Program-made: the position numbers and the translations under genes
Shown here: piece by piece, positions 50,704 to 64,000 of the stretch
Position numbering within the stretch: the stretch's first letter is position 1
Layout of the letters: each line of letters starts with the position of its first letter
Source: Eledone cirrhosa
Lineage: Eukaryota
Reading direction: 5' to 3'
DNA: 64,000 nucleotides
NCBI GenBank assembly: GCA_964016885.1
Contig: OZ024743.1
Location: 14,508,001 to 14,572,000 of the forward strand
Notes under the pieces: model-generated
Told to the model about the DNA's origin: nothing
What the model saw: only the letters and a program-made list of their open reading frames with translations
Databases searched by the model: none

Positions 50704-50778
<75 letters not shown>

Positions 50779-50819
50779 ATATATATGTGTGTATATATAT
50801 ATATATATATGTATAAATC

Positions 50820-50864
<45 letters not shown>

Positions 50865-51683
50865 ATATGTATGTATGTATATATATATATATGTGTATGT
50901 ATGTATCTATATATTGTCTCTGCGTGATTTTGTTTCATACATAGAATTTTCATATACAATGAAGAAAAATGTATTTAGCCTGAAGTAACCTTGAAAATAT
51001 AAATCAAATAATCTTTTAATTGAAGACCGCATAGACAGTGATTTCTATTTAAAATTTAATTTAGTGTGTTTTTTTCATAAAATTTAAATTTACTTCATGT
51101 ATTTGTGTCGGTATTTGTTTTTCTGAAATATTTCTCTCTAACCCTTTGACTAACCCAAATAACAAAGACTGTTGGTTTCCACAGGCTGGAATAAACAACA
51201 CACATTCAGATAATGAACTTTCCCCAAAATCACTATTATTAGTCATTTCCACCCAACGGTACTTTCTATATTCGGAAAACATTTTAAATTATCAGCTATT
51301 GTATTCAATTACAACCATCTCTTATAAAGTCAAAGTTGACCTATGGCCATAATTTTGCAGCTGGCACGATGACTCCCCCTAGAGAACAACTAATTAGCTT
51401 TCAACACAGAATAATTGTTAAAAGAAACAAATAACATGATACAACAATAGTAAAAGTAAATAGATACATGTGATACTGTGCATGCGTGTGTACCACTGGT
51501 CAGGTGTACATTTATTACTGAACTACAAAAAAGAAAAATGCGACGTAAACAGAAAGCACTGCTGCGTTTCCTAGTGAAACTAAACAACCATTAAACATCC
51601 AATTTGAAATCCATCGCCAGAAAACCAAAGCTATTTTGATGAGATAAATATATAGTTGATTATTTTAAAGATACTGTTAATAT

Positions 51684-51799
51684 TTCTTCTTCTTCTTCTT
51701 CTTCTTCTTCTTCTTCTTCTTCTTCTTCTTCTTCTTCTTCTTCTTCTTCTTCTTCTTCTTCTTCTTCTTCTTCTTCTTCTTCGTCTTCTTCTTCTTCTT
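51684..51799. repeat. (TTC)n microsatellite
   Basis: Directly visible. Confidence 0.95.
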
Positions 51800-51859
51800 T
51801 TAGTACTTGATTTACCAAAGATTCATTAGCATAATTAAGGGTTGCCAGGGATACCAAAT

Positions 51860-52625
51860 AGAAACTAACGAGTGTGTCTTTTACACCTACCTACCTCTCT
51901 TATTCTGATTATTGAATGCTGAAGCAAACGCATTCCTGCAGTAGCTCGAGGGATTTTTGCACTTAATTCAACCTGCGACCTTCCTTTCCTCCTGAACAAG
52001 GCCACAAGATACGTGAAGCTCTCCATCGGCATAGAGGAACTCAACTTACATGAAAACTGCACAGCACACTTATTTTCATTCCAACCATGCTGCACTCGAC
52101 AGTATTTCTACAGCTTATAACCAGGCTGCGCCTACCAACCCAGTACATGAAGATTACTGACAGGAGAGGTGACTGTAAGTACCCTTGGCATGAGTCAGTC
52201 TAGTCTCCCACATTGAATGGCTTTCATTTAGAACCATTTATCCAAATACATCTATTATAGCATTCATATAGAGGTCAGTGCAATGAAAGGATGTCCATTG
52301 ATTTCATATTCCCACAGCAGGTCCCTACTGTTTACCAAGCAAGCATGCATGTCTTTTGAGGTCTACAAAGCAAGAATACATATTTTGGCATAACTGCCTC
52401 GGTTTCTGAAAAAAACACCCCACAGTGTGAATATTTTGTCGGATTTACCGCGTCCGGGGTGAAAATAAACTGTTCATCCGCTAGCTTCGACTGGGCAATC
52501 CCCCTACATTTCTTTGCAAGACACTTAGCATTGTCTTTACCGAGGAGGCTTAACAAGTTGATCCCTCTCTAAATGGAGGGAACTCTCTAAACCTTTTGAA
52601 AATTGGGCTTATCTACCCCGTTTGA
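51860..52625 (-). pseudogene. Decayed LINE RT fragment (RTE-like)
   Basis: Remnants GINLLSLLGK..AKCL, CFVDLK, LLWEY, PFNVG, QG..SPLL.IFM. Confidence 0.55.
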
Positions 52626-53346
52626 CACATGACTATATACAAATCCATTTTTACTATTGTTGTTGCTGCAGTTGTTTTATTCTTTGATTTTGTTGTTGTT
52701 TCCTATTCATTAATGTGTATTTATTGTTATTGCTGAATTTAACATTATGTTCTGTTTAAACGCCTCCCCGTTTATAGTTGTTCTACACATTTTGGTCATG
52801 TCCTATCACCAACATCTTTCAGTGAGTGTCATACAAAATCGCATACTATATGCTATAAAGACCTGGATTCAAATCGCTTTGATTAATTACGTGTTGCTCT
52901 TTTGGATTTCCTAAAATAATTACATAATTTTATTTCTTCGTGAACTATGATCTAGTGACTATATCGAAATTATTGGTGTTACTATCCATAGTTTATTATC
53001 ATACTTAACTGGAAACCAGATATAACTATAATCGCATTCATACTCATAGCAACACAAATTAACGACTATTCAGAGAAGTATTCTCATATGCCTGATAATG
53101 GTAATTTTAAAGGGTTTTTTTTGTCATCACATTGCCGCATATAAAATCTAATATGAATCCTATTCCTCTTTCCTTTCCACCATTGATATATTCAATGGTC
53201 ACCTATGCTAATCAACATACGCACATCAACAAAAATCATCAACGTTTGAGTTCTGTTTAAAACTAAAATTACTGTCCAGAATTAAAAGCGAATGGATATA
53301 AGATTTATATGGGTAACATTTAAATGGCTAACAAACACAATAGCTA

Positions 53347-53533
53347 ATAATTGTTTCTACTTTTGGCACAAGGCAATCAATTACCCAGTGTATTACTGGT
53401 ACTTTATTTTATCGACCCTGTAAGGATGAAAGGCAAAGTTAACCTCGGCGGGATTTAAAATCAGATCGTAAAGGGACGTAACTCTATGCTTCAAAGCATG
53501 GTGTCCGACTCTCTACCGATACTGCCAATCCAC
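53347..53533 (-). mobile_element. tRNA-derived SINE
   Basis: Reverse complement of the 19359 SINE. Confidence 0.85.
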
Positions 53534-54194
53534 AGTAGCTAATAATGTTAAGAGAAAATATGCTGATTGTATATAAAGATGCAAATACCACTGCGGTACT
53601 TCGTAGCATTAATCAAGAATACTGTGTTGTATTCAACAGCAGGCTGCACATCTTAAAGTTTCTTACGTAATTATAGCGAAAATGTAGTAATATTAATCAT
53701 TCCTGAAGGTAGAGAAATGTAACTATTTTAGCATATCAAATGTGGCAGAATACAATAATAAAAGCATTGAGTTGAACGTAATTCATTTAGAAGCATAAAG
53801 AAAAACTGTAACATATATCATCACATTGGAAACGACGTTTTAAGAAAATAAAGGTATCAGGCTGTGTATAAAAGTGCCCTTAATTGTGTTTGCGAATTCT
53901 ATGAAAATGGGCAGCAAACGTATCATAGCACAATATATTTAAACGTTACTTCAGATGATCTTACGTCGTGCAGAATTGATTAATGGTCGATAATAATTTG
54001 TAAAGCAATCCATGGTTTTTTGTATTTCATGTTTTTTTGTATTCTCTTACCTAGCAACTAACGGCAAGATCGTTATGCGTAAAAGGGGTTGCGAGTTCAG
54101 AAAAATTCGTACAAAATCGATACGAGGATTAATTCTTTATAGACATGTCCTTTGTTATTGGTATTACTATCCATTGCATATTATCATATTTAAC

Positions 54195-54332
54195 AGAGTT
54201 GCGTCCCTTTGTGATCTGAGTTCAAATCCCGCCAAGGTTAACTTTGCCTTTCGTCCTTACGGGGTCGATAAAATAAAGTACCATTAATACACTTGGTAAT
54301 TGCTGGCTTTGTGCAAAAGCAGAAAAAATTAT
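54195..54332 (+). mobile_element. SINE, 5'-truncated
   Basis: gatctgagttcaaatcccgccaaggttaactttgcc... Confidence 0.8.
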
Positions 54333-54947
54333 CATACTTAACGTGAAACCAGTCAAGATTAATGCTGTGGAATCACGCAGTTGTATTTGCATATTTATTC
54401 AGAAACACAACTTTATAAACGAAACAAATAAACAATAGGTTTTAAAGGAATGTTTTCCATTTGATTAGTGTAACAAAAAATAAATAAGTTTACAGACTTT
54501 TCTATCAAATCCGTTTTTGCTGGTTGAAAAATAACGTTAGCATTTTATTTTAATGTCATTTAGATACGATTGTGACCTGCCAGAGTCAGTCGGCACAAAA
54601 TGCTAGAGAGTAACAAATGCAACGACAATATGAGAAATCAAATACAATAGATAAGCTATGGATGTATTTAATGCGTCAGTGGTGTCAGCGGTGTAAAATA
54701 TTTAATGCATCAAATCATCACAAATATTAATACATCCTGGTAAATATTGAGTAGAACAGAAATTACCCGCCTTTTTCAAAATGAGATATTTTGGCAGAGT
54801 TTTCAGGAAGTGTTCAAAGTTGCACATGAGCAAATATATAAGTCTGTATTAGTAGCGTGACAATGTATGTTCAGTGTATTAGTCGATCCGGTCTGTTATT
54901 GAGTCCTTTCTCACTTCCATTCTTGCTATCCTACTTCCTTTGGTTTT

Positions 54948-55029
<82 letters not shown>

Positions 55030-55030
<1 letters not shown>

Positions 55031-55573
55031 GTTATTAGGAGTATTCCAAAGCTTGGTAGAACAAGTTGTGAGGAAAGTTCTCAACATACGTTAAGGTGAC
55101 TCGACAGGTTGGTAGGGATTCAGTAGTGGAAACACGAACAAACGAGGAGTGTAATCAAAGAAGAGAAATAGGACGAAGGTAAACAGTTACAAAAGAATGT
55201 AATCCACGTATTAACAATTGTTTCATCAGAATTTCAGTCCATTTTTGCTACACTATGTTATAATAGGCAATCAAGAAAGATACTGTAGCATCCGAATTTT
55301 CAAAATACAAAGTTGGAATGACCTTAGGAAATGAAATAAGGGGTAGTAGTGTAAGATAGAGGAACAGAGAGAGAGAGAGGGGGAAAAGAGAGGGAGAGAG
55401 AGAGAGAGAAAAGGGATGGAGGTAAGGAGAGAAAGAGAAAGAGATAGTGTGTTGTGAGAGGATTTGTATAGGGAGGGGAGTAGGGTTGTGTGCTAAAAGT
55501 TGTGATGAAACAATTGTTAATACGTGGATTAAATCCTTTTGTAACTGTTTACCTTCGTCCTATTTCTCTTCTT
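55030..55573. mobile_element. (TA)n-flanked element with ~70-bp inverted repeats (55158-55228 / 55503-55573)
   Basis: aagaagagaaataggacgaagg...gtttcatca and its reverse complement. Confidence 0.7.
55208..55308 (-). ncRNA. Hammerhead-like motif with long stem II and U3-A8 core variant
   Basis: Minus strand reads GTATT-TTGAAAA-tTCGGA...TCTGAt-GAAAC-AATT-GTT-AATAC. Confidence 0.45.
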
Positions 55574-55852
55574 GTATATATATATATATATAATCGCATC
55601 AAATTTTCGTGTACCCTTCACCTACTTGACCTCTTTTCATCCCCAAAGTATTATTTTCATTCAAAGTATTCTTTCCATTCAAACCTTAAGTCTGCATTCC
55701 TCTACCCCTATTTTAAATTTCTACTACTACTATTCTATCAACTTGACATCTTACTACTTTTCTATTGGTCAATTCAAAACCTGTTCCCAAACAGACCTAT
55801 TATATTAAATTTTTGTTGTTTTTTTTCAATAAACAAATATCATTATTTCTGA

Positions 55853-56040
55853 CGGTGGATTGGTAGTATCGGTAGAGGGTCGGACGCCATGTTTTCCAGC
55901 ATAGTTACGTCCCTTTACGATCTGAGTTCAAATCCCGCCAAGGTTGACTTTGCCTTTCATCCTTACGGGGGTTGATAAAATAAAGTACCAGTAATGCACT
56001 GGGTAATTGCTGGCCTTGTGCCTAAAGTAGAAACAATTAT
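55853..56040 (+). mobile_element. tRNA-derived SINE, full length
   Basis: A- and B-box-like motifs; near-identical to 19359-19541. Confidence 0.88.
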
Positions 56041-56240
56041 TTCTGAAGACAGCATATATATGTGAAGATATGTATATTTCCTCTGATAGTTTGTAAAATA
56101 TTTTTACATAGAATCTATATGATATACATACCAACACACATATATATCCTAGAAACGATCGTAAAATGATGATTTTTTTAATATAAGGAACTTGTTCTTT
56201 GATTCTATTCATTGTTTTATTAATTTATATATATATATAT

Positions 56241-57046
56241 AAACGGAAAAAATGAAATGATATTTCATTTCCTACTCTTAGTACGGCTGTTACTTAAATA
56301 TAAATATGTACACGTACATACATATATGTATACCGACGTACAGTAGTATGTATATATATATATACATACATGCACACATATATATATGCACGTATGGATT
56401 CACCGAACATTTATTATAATGCTCGCTGTGTTTGTAAAAAAAATCCGGTATTAAGCCGTAGTGTCTAGCAACCACCGTTGCTCGTTTGTTCAACACTGAC
56501 AAAGGAACGCTGTACTAATTTCAAGCTTGTTAGCTATCGTCAGCAACATATACCATCCTGCCAGATTGTTGAACGTATATACTTACCTTATGCATATTAA
56601 CGGCTGAGTAGCCCAATTTGCATATCGAGTGGGTTAATCGACCGGGTGCACCGAAAACGATAAACGGAAAAAATGAAACGATATTTCATTTCCAACTCTT
56701 AGTACGGCTGTTACTTAAATATAAGTATGTACACGTACATACATATATGTATACCGACGTACAGTAGTATTATATATATATACATACATGCACACATATA
56801 TATATATGCACGTATGGATATATATACATACTACTGTACGTCGGTATACATATATGTATGTACGTGTACATACTTATATTTAAGTAACAGCCGTACTAAG
56901 AGTTGGAAATGAAATATCGTTTCATTTTTTCCGTTTATCGTTTTCGGTGCACCCGGTCGATTAACCCACTCGATATGCAAATTGGGCTACTCAGCCGTTA
57001 ATATGCATAAGGTAAGTATATACGTTCAACAATCTGGCAGGAAGGT
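56241..57046. mobile_element. Family D: 421-bp-period partial tandem (56241-56400 = 56662-56819) plus an inverted copy (56830-57046 vs 56550-56768)
   Basis: Direct and inverted copies are visible; starts after (TA)n. Confidence 0.85.
56508..56548 (-). ncRNA. Minimal type-I hammerhead ribozyme (family D)
   Basis: Minus strand reads TGTTG-CTGACGA-tAGCT-aaca-AGCTt-GAAA-TTA-GTA-CAGCG; canonical core, 5-bp stem I, first stem II pair mismatched. Confidence 0.6.
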
Positions 57047-57276
57047 ATTCATCACCACATATTCATCACCACATACTCCCTACCCTGTCTACTACTTCAC
57101 CGCTTCCCTCCACTCCCAACAACTTAATCCATGGCTTGATACTTGCTTCCTAAAATAGCCCCGCCCCCTCAAGGAAGCCAATACCTTTCAACAACTCCCT
57201 ATTTCACTCCGCATTCGTGATGGTTTCGTATGAATGATAACGTTCTAGTCCAGTAGAAGCAATGTCCATATTAAAT

Positions 57277-57420
57277 AATTGTTTCTATTTCTGACACAAG
57301 GCCAGCAATTATCCCAGTGTATTACTGGTACTTTATTTTATCGACCCCGTAAGGCAAAGTTAACCTCGGCGGATTTGAACTCAGAAAGGAAAGGGTCGTA
57401 ACCCTCTACCGATACTGCCG
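57277..57420 (-). mobile_element. SINE with internal deletions
   Basis: Reverse-complement match to the SINE head, B-box and tail. Confidence 0.75.
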
Positions 57421-57667
57421 TAATCCAGCGTATTACTAGTGCTGGTACCAAACGCAGCACTCAGTGCACAGGCAGAGTGTGTATAAACGATGAAGTTTCG
57501 TTTACATGTATTTGATTTTTTGATTGTGTAAAGATCTGGTATGCATGTTTCTCAGAGGATTGGTTTAGGGTCACACATAGAGGTTATCGACCGACTCCAT
57601 TATCGATCTTCTTCTCAGAATGGGGATTAAACAAACAATATTGGTGTTAAATAATATATATATATAG

Positions 57668-58012
57668 TGTGTTTAGAAATGTACGGAAAACACAAAGGAC
57701 AGATACCCACATCAATTGTCTGCTGTTGGTCTCGACGCCTCCATAGCAGACAGCTGAAGAGGGGATCTGTCCTTTGTTTGTGTTTCCCGTACATTTGTAA
57801 ACATTCTTTATTAGTAACCAGACAGCACCTTGTCCCTTCTAAATTTGTATTGATATAGTTCCACCGTCGGGGTCCTGAAAAGTTTCAGGACCCCGACGGG
57901 TGAACTCCGGCTGTTTCGACAGCTAGATCCGTACCTTTTCATATTAACCACTCTACTACCCCAAGTATCGAGTATTCTAGTGCGTTATGGTCCACCTGGT
58001 ATCCTACCACAG
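57668..58012. repeat. Family E-related repeat with two hairpins (57670-57805 and 57858-57906)
   Basis: ccgtcggggtcctgaaa-ag-tttcaggaccccgacgg; 57948-58010 is the reverse complement of 2130-2195. Confidence 0.7.
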
Positions 58013-58019
58013 ACTCTCT

Positions 58020-58088
<69 letters not shown>

Positions 58089-59501
58089 GTAAGAGTGTAA
58101 TATCCGTAGTGGTAGAGCACTTAGTCCATAGGACGAGTTAAATAGAGGTGGTTACACAACAGTTAGTTCACCATACCGAATATTTATATAAGATATTTAT
58201 ATAAACTTTCATGTACATACACACTACACAACGATAAGGAAGAGACATTATGCGTATATCTGAAGCAAAATATATTGATATATAATGATTTCTTATTTAG
58301 GCAGAAGACCAGCAATTTTCGGAGGAAGGAAAGTTATGTTGATATATAATAGAAATAAGTCTCAATAGAAAATTGAAGAGTTCATTATCAGTAGTTATAT
58401 AAAAAGATTCCTTGGCTCTCATTTTGACATCGTATATCCGAAATTATCAGTTTGGCAAAATATGACGGGTTAAATAAAGGTGTTATTTCGAGGAAATTAT
58501 TTGTTTATAAATATTTTCGATATTTTCATAATTATCGATAGTCATTAGTTCCTATAACCATTGAACAAAAACACAAACGCACGGACACCACACACACATA
58601 CACACACACACAGTTAATCACACATATGTATATATATATATATATATTATATATATATATGAGTGTGGGCGTGTATGTCTGTGTTGGGATGTGTATCTCT
58701 GGTCGTGCCAGTGCGTGTGTTTGTGTGAGTAACTGCGTCCGTGTGTGTGAATGATTGTGTGTGTGTGTGTGCTGGCGCGTCTCTTTGTGCTGGAATTTAG
58801 GGCGGTAGCGCAACAAAAAGGAGGAATGGGGAAAATGCGTCATGTACGTTCAATTATGATCTGCAAAATAAAGTGAACTATCTTTATGAATTTATGACCG
58901 TAGGGGCAAATCTTTTTTGCTAGAATATTTCTTTAACCAAATATGTAATTCATTAGATGTCTTGTCGCTTCACGACATAGTGTAGATTATAGAAATTTGA
59001 TCTATTTCCTATCCTCATTCAAGAAATTTGCCAATAAAATAGAGAGTAAATATATTTATAAAGAAATCCGATCTGTCAGTGACTTATCAAAACATCTGAA
59101 TATTAAAAACATAACATATCATAGAAAACTCCGTGGACGTCATTTCACAATGTTCTTGGGGTTAACATATGCAATGATACGCAAGGGGATAATTTGACAG
59201 CGTAAAAAGGTTAAAGTACATAACAACAGTAAGCTGGCTCCTTGTATGTAATAATTTTCTTTACTAGCAATCTATATATGCAGCTTGGGACTATATTTCA
59301 ATACAATTATTCAATGTCATTTGACGAATTACTCTTCTATTGAAACGAGGTGAAATATTGGATTTCCGAAATCTATTTATGATGACTTTACAAATCACAA
59401 CATATACATTATGTATTTGAGCTGTTGACCATTGACCCTTAAACAAAATCAATGCGAGCATAGAAAAACACACAATAATAAACACATTATTATCTCTAAT
59501 C

Positions 59502-59502
59502 T

Positions 59503-59556
<54 letters not shown>

Positions 59557-59575
59557 CAGTAGCAGTAGTAGTAGC

Positions 59576-59611
<36 letters not shown>
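59502..59611. repeat. (TAG)n microsatellite
   Basis: Directly visible. Confidence 0.95.
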
Positions 59612-59612
<1 letters not shown>

Positions 59613-60182
59613 CCACACTGCATCAACCGATATCATTGACAGAAAAAAAATATTGCGATGCATATACTGGAGATTTTGGTAGTTAAAATGATAATAATGG
59701 TGATGGTCGTGGTGATGGGTGGTGGTGCTAGGTGGTGGTGCTGGGTGCTCGTGCTGGATATAGTGGTGGTTTTATTTTTATTTAATCGAGTAAACAATAA
59801 CAATAAACAATGAACGTATAACAATATAAATTTACCGATAGTGGGAGAACTTAGGTGGTCACCCAGGAACCATATCAATCCTGAACCACCCAAAGCTCGA
59901 AGAATACCCAAGGAAGGCACCTCACCCTTCTTCAAATCAGGTGCCTGCTAAGTGTAGGTCCATTCAGTCGGGCCATTCTTGCAACATTCAGCCACCTTTT
60001 AGCAACTAATAGAGCAGACCATCCAGCTCGAGTGATAGGTACCTCGTGCAAACGAGCAGGGCCTCCCAAATATCGGCTAATATTATGGGCATTTTGCAGC
60101 ACACATCATCGACTGGAGTGAGTTGCAGGAGGCCGTCCAGTTAGGGAATAAAGACCGCTAACGTCTCCGACTCCCCGCTACA

Positions 60183-60665
60183 CCTATGACAGTCCCACAT
60201 GAATGGATATTGGAAGCTCTAGAATTTCCAAAATACATCCCATAATAGCTAATCTTTTACGAGTCGGCATCAGAAATGGAGCGCAACCCTCTTTTTAAAC
60301 CATACGAAAGGAGTCATAAAATCAGCTAAATTTAAAATTAGTTCCGGAATATTATACGTTCATTCCCTTCCCCCATCTTTTCATTTGTTTTTTACGCTGT
60401 TTAGAAATATTTGCTGGTGAATTGGAGGAACGGGAATGAGTTGTTGTACCTGATGCAGAAGAGAGAGAATTATGAGATCGGACACAAAGAGAATGCAGAA
60501 CGGTTAAAGATGTGGAGGGAGAAATGAATGACATACAGGTGCAAGACAATGTACAAATTTATTTGGGAAATGTGAAGAAATAGATTAGGAGATTGCCTAA
60601 CAGTAAAAGCCCAGAACCAGTTAGTGTTCAATGATACAGGATTAAGATGTTGACATCATTACACA
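60183..60665 (+). pseudogene. Two old Dong-like RT fragments
   Basis: PHEWILEALE..IHPII..W.ATLFLN..SGI (60183-60352) and LPNSKSPEP.SVQ*YRIKMLTSLH (~60590-60665, cf. LTNWKSPGPDGVQGYWIKHLTSLH in family B). Confidence 0.55.
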
Positions 60666-60758
60666 TTGATGTATAATAAGTGAGTATATATACACACTTA
60701 TAAACAGTATATACACATCATGCACACACAACCACACCCACACACACGCACGCGCGCG

Positions 60759-60831
<73 letters not shown>

Positions 60832-61854
60832 CAATTCCTTGTGGTGTGTGAGTTACGTGGGAGTTGGGTTGCTCTACGTAATTATGCGCAATAATTTTGA
60901 CGAAAGTATCCATGTGGCAGATGCCTCTAATCGCACTATATAGCAATCGTATATATGTAAGAAATTTAAATGCACATAGAATCAAATAGAAGAATTGTTT
61001 CATTCTCATATCGGTTCTATTGTATTAATATCAAAAGGAATATTCCATATATCCATCACAAATTTGAATTTAAAATGTATATTTGCGAATATGTATCTCT
61101 CATGTTTTAAACCAATTTTAAGGGAATGGTGAGAACATGTAAGCAAAGAAATTGAAATTTATTGCCGCTATCGCATAATTCCAAGAGAAATATTTGTGTA
61201 AATTATGTATATATTTATATAACTATGATTTTGTTTGTCTCTCCCTCCTCTATCTCTCCCCTCTCTCTCTCTATCAGTCCGCCTCTCTTCTTTCTTCTAA
61301 TACTTATATACACACGCGATAAACAGATGTATATATATATATATGTATATATATACATTACCTCCCCCTGCATATTAACTCTCTAAAAAGGGAAATCGTA
61401 TCAAACCGCAGACTACCATTTGCCTCCATCATGGATCAACTAAGCGGTCTTGTCATAGTAACACATTTTGAACTGCTTATCCTCAGGAACTATGCCTGTA
61501 AATAATATTATTTTTTCTTACCCATTACCTTATCATGTTCCACATCACCGTCTTTTTTTTTTTTTATTACTTTTCACTTCAAAAACCTTGTTTGTAAGTA
61601 ATATTATTATTTCATCCCCATTTCCTTAACATGTTCAACATCACCAACATTTTACACCAATACAAATTCGCCCCTTTGATAATGCATAAAATGCTGAAAC
61701 CGGTAATAGACAATCATTAAATATATAAATAAATAAATAAATGCCATTGTTAATTAATAAATAAATTAACTACTACCTTAACACTTCACACAAAATAAAA
61801 TATTTTGTTTTAAAATGTTCTAACCCAGACATGCTCTAAAATGTTCTAACCCTG

Positions 61855-62065
61855 ACATGCTCACCGACATCCAGACTTGACACTGCACTCAGTGCTCCTG
61901 TGGGAGCTCCTGCATGGAGACACTGTAAGAGGAAAACTGAAGTTAACATATGTTTATGACCCAAGGAGAGGCACTGGGCTGTTGGCTGTGATAATGAGGG
62001 ACAGAGACCGCTGGAGAGACCTCGTCCATGGATCTCGGGAATTTTACCCGCCCTAGATATATATA
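61855..62065 (+). pseudogene. 3' end of an RTE/RTEX-like LINE
   Basis: HPDLTLHSVLLWELLHGDTVRGKLKLTYV..GTGL..MRDRDRWRDLV resembles RTE-group C-termini. Confidence 0.55.
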
Positions 62066-62299
62066 ATTATTAGAGAAATTGTTGTTTTCAATGCTATATC
62101 CAAAATGTATTGGGTACATTATTGAATAATGGTTTTCTTCGTAATATAACTGAGGAATTCATATCAATATATATAAATACATGTCCACTGTGTCTGTAGA
62201 ACAAAGAGCGGGGAGACCACAAACCCGATAGCACTCGATGCATGGTGGGATGCTGTATTGGTATATTAACGTGCACATCTCCAACACGTTAATATGTCA

Positions 62300-62545
62300 T
62301 ACATACACACAGCTCTCTGCATCAAAATTATCACGCAAGTCTAGGATCACCTTTTGTCCAATAAAGTAACATCAGATCGTATGCAAACTCCAGCCGATTG
62401 ATTTTACAACTGCCAGTTATCATACCCCTTCCAAATCGACAGCGCTGCATATCTTGTTCATGAAAATAATGAACAGGAGAGGTGACATTAAGTTGCATTG
62501 ACAAAGTCTGACACCCACTTTGAATGGTTTCTTGAAGCACAACAT
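62300..62545 (-). pseudogene. Decayed LINE RT core fragment
   Basis: KPFKVGV.L.Q...SPLLFIIFMNKI..CKINRLEFAYDLMLL (FADD-like) across two frames. Confidence 0.55.
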
Positions 62546-62883
62546 TTCGAGATTGAGCTCTGTGTATTCAAATAGAAATGGTACTCCAACAATGTACATA
62601 CTGGAGTTCTGAAAATATTTTATACTTTCCATACAATACATTTTTCTATTATTTTCTTTATTACTTTATGTATTTAGATATTCTTAATAAATCTTCAAAA
62701 TTCTTATGCAATATTTAAATAACTTTTAACATATTTTCACTAAACGAAAGTTGACATTACAATAGATACCAATAGGTGCCGTATAAATATATTTGAGTAC
62801 ACTACAGACCGGGGCAAAGGCCCGGAGGCCACTAAACTCACACACACTCAACCACATGCGCGCGCGTGCACACACACACATTT

Positions 62884-62920
<37 letters not shown>

Positions 62921-63212
62921 GGAGGTGAGTTTTATTGTAGTACAATAAAGCAATGCAATGCAGATATCGGATAAGAAGCACTCTACAGTTTGTAGGACTG
63001 GAGTATACATAATATATAAGATCAAAAGACGGTTAAAGGAGTTCCATGTATTTTATTATGCGTATTTCAAAAACAAACATCATCATGCAATAATATTTGT
63101 GTTTTCATCAGATAAAACAGGAGAACGTGATATGAAGGCTAAAAAACACTTGTGGATAGTGCAGTTTTAAATCAACATATGAAAAGTGGTTTTAGATTGA
63201 TGTGTGATATTG

Positions 63213-63872
63213 GGAAAAATATTTTATTTAGAGAGGGGGGTGGAAAGGATGAAAAAGGGGAGGAGATGAGAGTGAAGGTGGAGAGGGAGAGATGGGTGAT
63301 AGAGAGAAAGAGATAGTTTTTATAACTGAGAGAAGATATATTGTTTTACATAGAGAGGTTGAAAACCGTTGGAAGATAATGTATGAATTAAAAGAATTTG
63401 AAAATTAACGAAGGGAAAAATATGTACGAGGAAAAAATATTTTATTTAGGGAGGGGGTGGAAAGGATGAAAAAAGGGGAGGAGATGAGAGTGAAGGTGGA
63501 GAGGGAGAGATGGGTGATAGAGAGAAAGAGATAGTTTTTATAACTGAGAAAAGATATATTGTTTTACATAGAGAGGTTGAAAACCGTTGGAAGATAATGT
63601 ATGAATTAAAAGAATTTGAAAATTAACGAAGGGAAAAATATGTACGAGGAAAAAATATTTTATTTAGGGAGGGGGGGAGGAAAGGATGAAAAAAGGGGAG
63701 GAGATGAGAGTGAAGGTGGAGAGGGAGAAATGGGTGATAGAGAGAAAGAGATAGTTTTTATAACTGAGAAAAGATATATTGTTTTACATAGAGAGGTTGA
63801 GAACCGTTGGAAGATAATGTATAAATTAAAAGAATTAGAAAATTAACGGAGGGAAAAATATGTACGAGGAAA
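63213..63872. repeat. Purine-rich tandem repeat, ~218-bp unit x3
   Basis: Units start at ~63213, ~63431 and ~63649 and are near-identical. Confidence 0.92.
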
Positions 63873-64000
63873 GAGAGGGAGTTGATATGTATGAAGATAG
63901 AGAGAAAAAATAATAATTGCGGATGAATATTCTAACGTCAAAAAGGTGTATGTGTTGTGGCAATTTCAAAATTAACGAAGAGAAAAAATTATTAAGGTTT

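Larger units (their letters stand above)
45594..50706 (-). mobile_element. 5'-truncated Penelope-like element with ~1.56-kb inverted arms (45594-47155 / 49049-50607), in (TA)n
   Basis: The arms are near-identical reverse complements (duplicate 61-aa and 79-aa ORFs on opposite strands). RT and GIY-YIG lie between them; a ~100-bp extension follows the right arm. Confidence 0.9.

Noticed and set aside
51660-59686. Poly-E, poly-T and poly-S ORFs
   Set aside because: Translations of the (TTC)n and (TAG)n tracts.
63213-63872. CRISPR-like array or prokaryotic system
   Set aside because: Contiguous identical units with no unique spacers, no cas genes, and a eukaryotic context.

Overview
AT-rich, microsatellite-dense eukaryotic DNA. 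It is probably a cephalopod such as Octopus; this is inferred from the SINE and repeat landscape and not verified. No host gene is recognisable. The centre (14.4-37.9 kb) is a contiguous ~23.4-kb array of non-LTR retrotransposons joined by (TAA/TTA)n tracts: two head-to-tail R4/Dong-type RT+RLE elements of family A (one disrupted, one with an intact 1216-aa ORF), an apparently intact GC-rich two-ORF Tx1-clade element on the opposite strand, and a fused tandem pair of a second, divergent Dong-type family B. Families A and B share a ~0.5-kb 5' module, a candidate pseudoknot upstream of the ATG and a covarying 3'-UTR stem-loop. The flanks hold many (TA)n-embedded inverted or tandem repeats, several with minimal type-I hammerhead ribozyme motifs. 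They also hold a 5'-truncated Penelope-like element (RT C-terminus + GIY-YIG) with 1.56-kb inverted arms, tRNA-derived SINEs and decayed Tx1, RTE and Dong fragments. All alignments and folds were done by eye, and boundaries are approximate.
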